Shown here: positions 26,010-30,680 of the stretch, piece by piece | Position numbering within the stretch: the first letter of the stretch is position 1 | Layout of the letters: every line of letters starts with the position of its first letter | Virus record (IMG/VR): IMGVR_UViG_3300026484_000341 | Coordinates: 1 to 30,680 of that record | Reading direction: 5' to 3' (one strand) | Source of the DNA: a virus | Taxonomy: Duplodnaviria > Caudoviricetes | Length of the DNA: 30,680 bases | Notes under the pieces: model-generated | The model's database searches: none | What the model saw: the letters and a program-made list of their open reading frames with translations, nothing else | What the model was told of the DNA's origin: nothing | Made by a program: the position numbers and the translations under genes

Positions 26010-27610
26010 TGCATTACCTCCTGTTGTTGTGGTTGCTCTTGCTGCATAGCCTCTTCCTCTTTCTCTTCTGCGCGCTCTATAATGCTATCCTGCCCTAAAA
26101 GCTTCAATTTCTCCATATTTAGGTCGTCTAACATCTGCATATATTTCTGTACTCTTGTGCTATCTTGTAACTGCATATAAAGCTGCAAACTCTGTAGTAC
26201 TGTAGCCGTAGATTTATCAATGCTGTCTATCTGCATCATCTTGTTAATTGAGCCAATTCCAACATTGATGATAATCTTCTGTCTCAATGCTCTTTTTCTA
26301 TCAATACCCATGAAGTTACTGCTTACTTTGTATTTGTAAATAAGTAAAACTATTCTCTGAATAAGAGGTCTAAAAAAGTTTTCATTAAATGCTCTTGAAA
26401 TATCATCTATTACATTACTGCCTTGCATCTGCAACGCTTCAACTTCTGTTGCTGTCTTACCTCTTCCGCTTGCAATTCCCTCACTTAGTTTGGAAATACC
26501 GCTTATCTCTTCCGCCTCTCTTGATAATTGACTCACATCAAATATACTGTCATTTAGTCTTGGTATAGGCAACTCTCGTATGTTGTTTATGTTATCAACT
26601 ACAATCTTTTTACGATTAGATATAAGGTCGTCTTCACGCACTCCGCTCTCTTTTGTAGTGATAAAACGCTGATTTAGCTGTATATCTGTAGCATCTATCT
26701 GTTGGTTACGCTTGATAGTATTCTCATTCTGCAAAGATATAAGTGGTGCTATAAAAGCATCTCCATAAGCACGAACAGGATTGATAGGCTCATTTATCAT
26801 AACAAATTGAGGGTCAAGCGTTCCTACAATAAATGGCAAACCGTCTTTAAGCAGCTTATCGGCTCTTAATACTGTATCATCATTTAAAATTGTAGATACA
26901 TACCACTTCCCATTTTTCTTGCGATACACCTCGTGAAACTCTACACGCTGATACTTACCTATGTCTGCACTTGTTGTACGCTCAACTCTGTCTGCATAAA
27001 GTGAAGAGTTTACATACTTACTCCAATCAACATCTGCTTTAGCATACTGCTTCTCTAAATCGGCAATAGTCATGCTGTTTACTCTATGAACAAGATAGTT
27101 TATATCTGCTGTTGCAGGAGCATAAGGATCAAGGTAAACATCATCAAGTCGGCATCTTTCCATCTTGATATTATTCTCTTTCACACTCCAATACACTTTT
27201 ATAAGTGCCGTACCATAAATAAGGCTCTCTCTCGCTACAGGACGCAGGTTTGTGTATAGATTTTTATCTCTTCCATACTCTTTAAGCTCTTTCTTTAGCG
27301 CATTTGATACCTTTTCATCTTCCTCGATCTCTTTATCTTCTGGCTGAATGATTGCAAGCTCATCATTTCCAAAAAATGACTTCATCAAGTCTCTAACAAT
27401 CTTATCTACCTTTGGCTTGATAAGGTTAGGAGTCAATGCACTTTTTCGTCTTGCAAGAAGACTCTTACGCTGCTTGTGAGACAAAACATTAACATAGGCA
27501 CTCTCTAGTGCTATAAAGTCGCTCTTGTGCTGCTCATATCCATTGATAGCATCATCTCTGAGTGCAACAAGTTCTGCTACAAGTGCATCACTAAAATTCT
27601 CTTTTGCCAT
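26006..27610 (-). CDS. Portal protein (podovirus P22-like type)
   Basis: 534 aa between terminase and scaffold; 'SLIYGTALIKVYW', 'VYLDPYA', 'EEISGISKLSEG....TATEV'. Confidence 0.88.
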   Translation of the reverse strand: MAKENFSDALVAELVALRDDAINGYEQHKSDFIALESAYVNVLSHKQRKSLLARRKSALTPNLIKPKVDKIVRDLMKSFFGNDELAIIQPEDKEIEEDEKVSNALKKELKEYGRDKNLYTNLRPVARESLIYGTALIKVYWSVKENNIKMERCRLDDVYLDPYAPATADINYLVHRVNSMTIADLEKQYAKADVDWSKYVNSSLYADRVERTTSADIGKYQRVEFHEVYRKKNGKWYVSTILNDDTVLRADKLLKDGLPFIVGTLDPQFVMINEPINPVRAYGDAFIAPLISLQNENTIKRNQQIDATDIQLNQRFITTKESGVREDDLISNRKKIVVDNINNIRELPIPRLNDSIFDVSQLSREAEEISGISKLSEGIASGRGKTATEVEALQMQGSNVIDDISRAFNENFFRPLIQRIVLLIYKYKVSSNFMGIDRKRALRQKIIINVGIGSINKMMQIDSIDKSTATVLQSLQLYMQLQDSTRVQKYMQMLDDLNMEKLKLLGQDSIIERAEEKEEEAMQQEQPQQQEVMQ

Positions 27611-27884
27611 CTTCTATCTCCTTTCGTAATCTTTTTATTCTGTAAATATTTACATCAAAACCAATATCTTCAAAATGCTTTAGTATGTCTTCATCAGGCA
27701 TACCCTTATCTACGATACACTCTAGTATCATGTATCTCTCTATGCTTTTTGGCGTTAGCGTAAACTTAGCACTTGGGTATCGTCTTGCAACACTCAGTGC
27801 CTTTGCCCCATCGCCTCCGAACAACTCGTTAATGAGAAAATATGTGTTAATCTCATTCGTACTTGGTTTTTTATCTTCTACCAT
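27591..27884 (-). CDS. Possible Mor/C-family transcription activator (HTH)
   Basis: 97 aa; pattern 'AKALSVARRYPSAKFTLTPK...RYMI......G..........NIYRIKRL' resembles the Mu Mor/C layout. Confidence 0.4.
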   Translation of the reverse strand: MVEDKKPSTNEINTYFLINELFGGDGAKALSVARRYPSAKFTLTPKSIERYMILECIVDKGMPDEDILKHFEDIGFDVNIYRIKRLRKEIEDGKREF

Positions 27885-30304
27885 GATGCAAACTCCTCAT
27901 CTATTTCATCTGCATAAATATCTCTCTCGTGATACTCTTCAACTTCTTCTGCTGTTGCTATCACTGTGTTACTTGCAAGTGCCATTGCATCTGCAATATC
28001 TGGACTTCTCCCTAGTGCCTCTTTTATCTCCTTTTTAGATATGATTTGAATTACTCCTTTTTCTGTGATTTTAAATCTCTGTGCTGATAACTCGCCTATT
28101 GCTGCATCATCATCAAACATTTTCCCCTCTTCTTCAAGGATCTTCTTGAGCTTGTAGTAAAGTTCTGCTCTGAGATTGAGGTAAATATCAGGTCGTGAAG
28201 GATTCTCGCTTACTTTACAACCTATTGCCGGTATATTTGTGTACTGTGGCTCATTAAGCACGCTCATAAGTCCGCTGCCCTCGCCTATGCTGTCTATAAA
28301 AATAGCTTTAGGCTCTCTTCCTTTTGCCTTTGCACTCAAATACTCTTCTGCCAACCACCTAGCAGTATTAACCTGTCTGTGCTTCCCTGTAATAGGACAC
28401 TCTTTTTTCTCATAAAAATAATTCCCTACTCTTTTAACAAGTATAGTTCTATCATCTCCTGCATCTGCATAGTCCAATCCCCACACTTCCGCACCATAGT
28501 CGTTATAATCATCTCCAATATTCAAAGCATCTTCAATGATATACATAGGGATAACCGCATCACTTGATGTTCTAGGGAAACGACCTTGTACCCTTACTCT
28601 GTAAGCATCGCTATCAACTCCGTACTCTTTTTTCTTACGCTCTATACTCTCCTTTGTAACATTCTCACTCTCTTCTGCATTAAATACATGAATTTTCCAT
28701 AGCTCTCTGTTTTTGTGATGTGAGTCATAGAAATATCCATCGGTCCTTGTAGGGTTGGCAGTAAGCAGCCGTAAATGCTCCTCTCCTGTTAAACTTCCCT
28801 CGATTACTTCAAAGATTGTGTTAGGAACTCCACTCGCTTCGTCTATAATCCAACACAAAAAAGTAGCGTGAAAACCTTGCAAACCCTCGGGTGCTTCTTT
28901 TCTTGCTGTTCTTGCCACACATTGATTATTATTACAAAAAGCTACGCTGTCATTTTTTACTACTACACACTCTTTAAGTTCTTTTGGTAGTTTTTCACGC
29001 CATTTTCTAACCTCTGGTAATAACAATCTTACAAGCTGCGGTGCTGTCGGCGCTGTTGCCGGTATCTTTGCATCGTATTTGAACAAGCCTACCCATAAAA
29101 TAACCCATGATAAGAGAGTAGATTTACCTGTATTATGTAAAACCGTAAAATCCCCACCTAAAAACTTATGATTTCCATCCAATTCAAAACCGTAATAATC
29201 GCCTATTCCTAAACACTCAACTGATTTAATGCCAAAGTGTAAATTACTTCTTTGGCTTGGTATATCTTTGTTTATTTTGTGTCTTTTGCAAGGGATAATC
29301 TCCGTATTTCTACCGATACTTAATCTATAATAATCTATACCTTTAACTGTTTTGATTTTAATTGTTGTATGAAGTCCTACACTCTTACAAAGATACTGCA
29401 TATCTTTTGCCAACTGAATAAACTTTGTAATAAATTCATATTGTCTTTTTTCTAAGCTTCCATCTGTGTCTAATAAACCTGCGATTAACTCCAATCTCTG
29501 TTTTTTGCTTGATGTTAAATATTGCTTGGGTATATGTTTATTTTTTAATAAATTTAAGGATTTTAACTCTTGTTTTAACTCTAATTTATATTTATTACAA
29601 TTATTTTGAGTATTTTTATATGTTAAAGTATTTTCTAAACTTCTGATATACTCTGCAACTGCATCTTTTTTATTACCCATCCAAATATAATCATTACTGC
29701 TTCCACCATCTCCTAGCCACGCTCCTAAAATATAAGGATGAATTAAAAGGTTTTTTTCACTAAACTCTGTTGAATTTCTATAAATAGCATGAGTTCTTTT
29801 TCTTCTATCACTCCATTTAAGATAATCCTCTACTGTAACTGTTACTTTATCCCCTGTTATCTGTTTTCCGTGTGTTTGAGTAGCAACTAAGCATAAAATA
29901 TGAGACTTATTAAAAATATGCTCTGTATTATCTCTATACACAAACCGATACATTTCTTCTCGACCTCTGTATAACTCTAAAACATTCCGCTCACTTTTTC
30001 CATCATCTCCCATAAGCTTATCGCCCACTTTTATATCTTGAACTGCTTTTATGCTTCCATCACTTAGCATTATTTCTGTATCTATTCCAAAACATCCATG
30101 ACCTGATGCGATGCTTATATCTTTAACTCCTGCGTCTATATCTCTTAATACTGCTTTTTGTTGGCTTGATGGACTTCTATCACTCTTTGCAAACAAACAC
30201 TCATCTACAAATAGTTCTATGCTTGAAGCCCATCTCTCTAGCAGTTCTTTAGTTTTCATCAGCATTGCTCTTTTGCTTATTTTTGTTGTAGAAATACTCT
30301 GCAA
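27878..30304 (-). CDS. terL: Terminase large subunit, intein-containing
   Basis: Spliced Walker A SGHG|TGKS; Walker B WIIDEA; 'ANPTR'; nuclease 'GLDYA..GDD', 'IDSIGEG', 'GRSPDIADA'. The true start is probably 30265 or 30259. Confidence 0.93.
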   Translation of the reverse strand: MQSISTTKISKRAMLMKTKELLERWASSIELFVDECLFAKSDRSPSSQQKAVLRDIDAGVKDISIASGHGCFGIDTEIMLSDGSIKAVQDIKVGDKLMGDDGKSERNVLELYRGREEMYRFVYRDNTEHIFNKSHILCLVATQTHGKQITGDKVTVTVEDYLKWSDRRKRTHAIYRNSTEFSEKNLLIHPYILGAWLGDGGSSNDYIWMGNKKDAVAEYIRSLENTLTYKNTQNNCNKYKLELKQELKSLNLLKNKHIPKQYLTSSKKQRLELIAGLLDTDGSLEKRQYEFITKFIQLAKDMQYLCKSVGLHTTIKIKTVKGIDYYRLSIGRNTEIIPCKRHKINKDIPSQRSNLHFGIKSVECLGIGDYYGFELDGNHKFLGGDFTVLHNTGKSTLLSWVILWVGLFKYDAKIPATAPTAPQLVRLLLPEVRKWREKLPKELKECVVVKNDSVAFCNNNQCVARTARKEAPEGLQGFHATFLCWIIDEASGVPNTIFEVIEGSLTGEEHLRLLTANPTRTDGYFYDSHHKNRELWKIHVFNAEESENVTKESIERKKKEYGVDSDAYRVRVQGRFPRTSSDAVIPMYIIEDALNIGDDYNDYGAEVWGLDYADAGDDRTILVKRVGNYFYEKKECPITGKHRQVNTARWLAEEYLSAKAKGREPKAIFIDSIGEGSGLMSVLNEPQYTNIPAIGCKVSENPSRPDIYLNLRAELYYKLKKILEEEGKMFDDDAAIGELSAQRFKITEKGVIQIISKKEIKEALGRSPDIADAMALASNTVIATAEEVEEYHERDIYADEIDEEFASW
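29132..30094 (-). mobile_element. Intein (321 aa) with LAGLIDADG homing endonuclease
   Basis: Begins CFGIDTEIMLSDG and ends VLHN followed by Thr; motifs LGAWLGDG and LIAGLLDTDG; block B 'FNKSHIL'. Confidence 0.95.
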
Positions 30305-30680
30305 ACTCTGCTAGTGATATGTCGCTACTTTTTTGCTTGTTGTCTTTCTCGTAGTAGCCTAGTATCTTTCCTATCTCAACCAAAGCACCCTTTGCACTTG
30401 CTAAATTTGTATCCCTCATCTCAACTTCAATCGTATTCGTTATTCCATCTCCTGCACCCTCTGTTACAATATGACTACTTGAAACATCGCCTATACCTAT
30501 CTCAAAGATGCGTGTATGAGCTTTAATTATTTTCTCTACACTCCACTTGCTCTCTTCTTCTGCTTTGGCTTGTAGCTCTTTTAACCTTGTGGTAATATTG
30601 TGGTTACTTAAAAGCTTTGATGCACTTTCTATAATCGTTTTATCTTTCATTCTTGAAGTAGAATAAGCATAACGATAAGC
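30249..30680 (-). CDS. terS: Terminase small subunit, 5' end outside window
   Basis: The frame stays open to the window edge: AYRYAYSTSRMKDKTIIESASKLL..I..RLKELQ...ALVEIGKILGYY. Confidence 0.88.
   Translation of the reverse strand, partial: AYRYAYSTSRMKDKTIIESASKLLSNHNITTRLKELQAKAEEESKWSVEKIIKAHTRIFEIGIGDVSSSHIVTEGAGDGITNTIEVEMRDTNLASAKGALVEIGKILGYYEKDNKQKSSDISLAEFAEYFYNKNKQKSNADEN

Noticed and set aside
2709-30526. Numerous short plus-strand ORFs opposite the structural genes
   Set aside because: Shadow ORFs of long minus-strand genes; no SD or recognisable motifs.
1-30680. CRISPR array, diversity-generating retroelement, invertible tail cassette or alternative genetic code
   Set aside because: No repeat-spacer array, reverse transcriptase or invertase seen; genes tile densely under the standard code with all three stop codons used.

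Overview
About 30.7 kb of an AT-rich temperate tailed phage with a podovirus-like gene set: no tape-measure or sheath genes and a very large injected protein. The attP is intact, with integrase and lysis genes joined across it, so this is the excised or virion form rather than an integrated prophage. The host is probably Campylobacterota (inference). Plus strand: end of a RecE-like exonuclease, a RecT-like annealing protein, a hypothetical gene, an excisionase-like gene and a tyrosine integrase. Minus strand, in transcription order: TerS, TerL split by a LAGLIDADG intein, a Mor/C-like activator, portal, scaffold, major capsid, adaptor, tail and fibre genes, a signal-peptide moron, internal virion proteins including a 2272-aa polyvalent protein, and a holin/endolysin cassette. 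Most notable observations: (1) a near-consensus sigma70 promoter lies antisense inside the polyvalent-protein gene, immediately after its BECR-fold nuclease domain, and points into a 77-nt GC-rich tRNA-sized cloverleaf, a candidate embedded RNA antitoxin or decoy; (2) the attP core resembles the 3' end of RNase P RNA (rnpB); (3) a 32-bp late-promoter motif occurs three times; (4) a DarT/ART-like cargo domain is present; (5) there are two internal paralog pairs among the structural genes. All family assignments come from motif recognition by eye; no searches were run.
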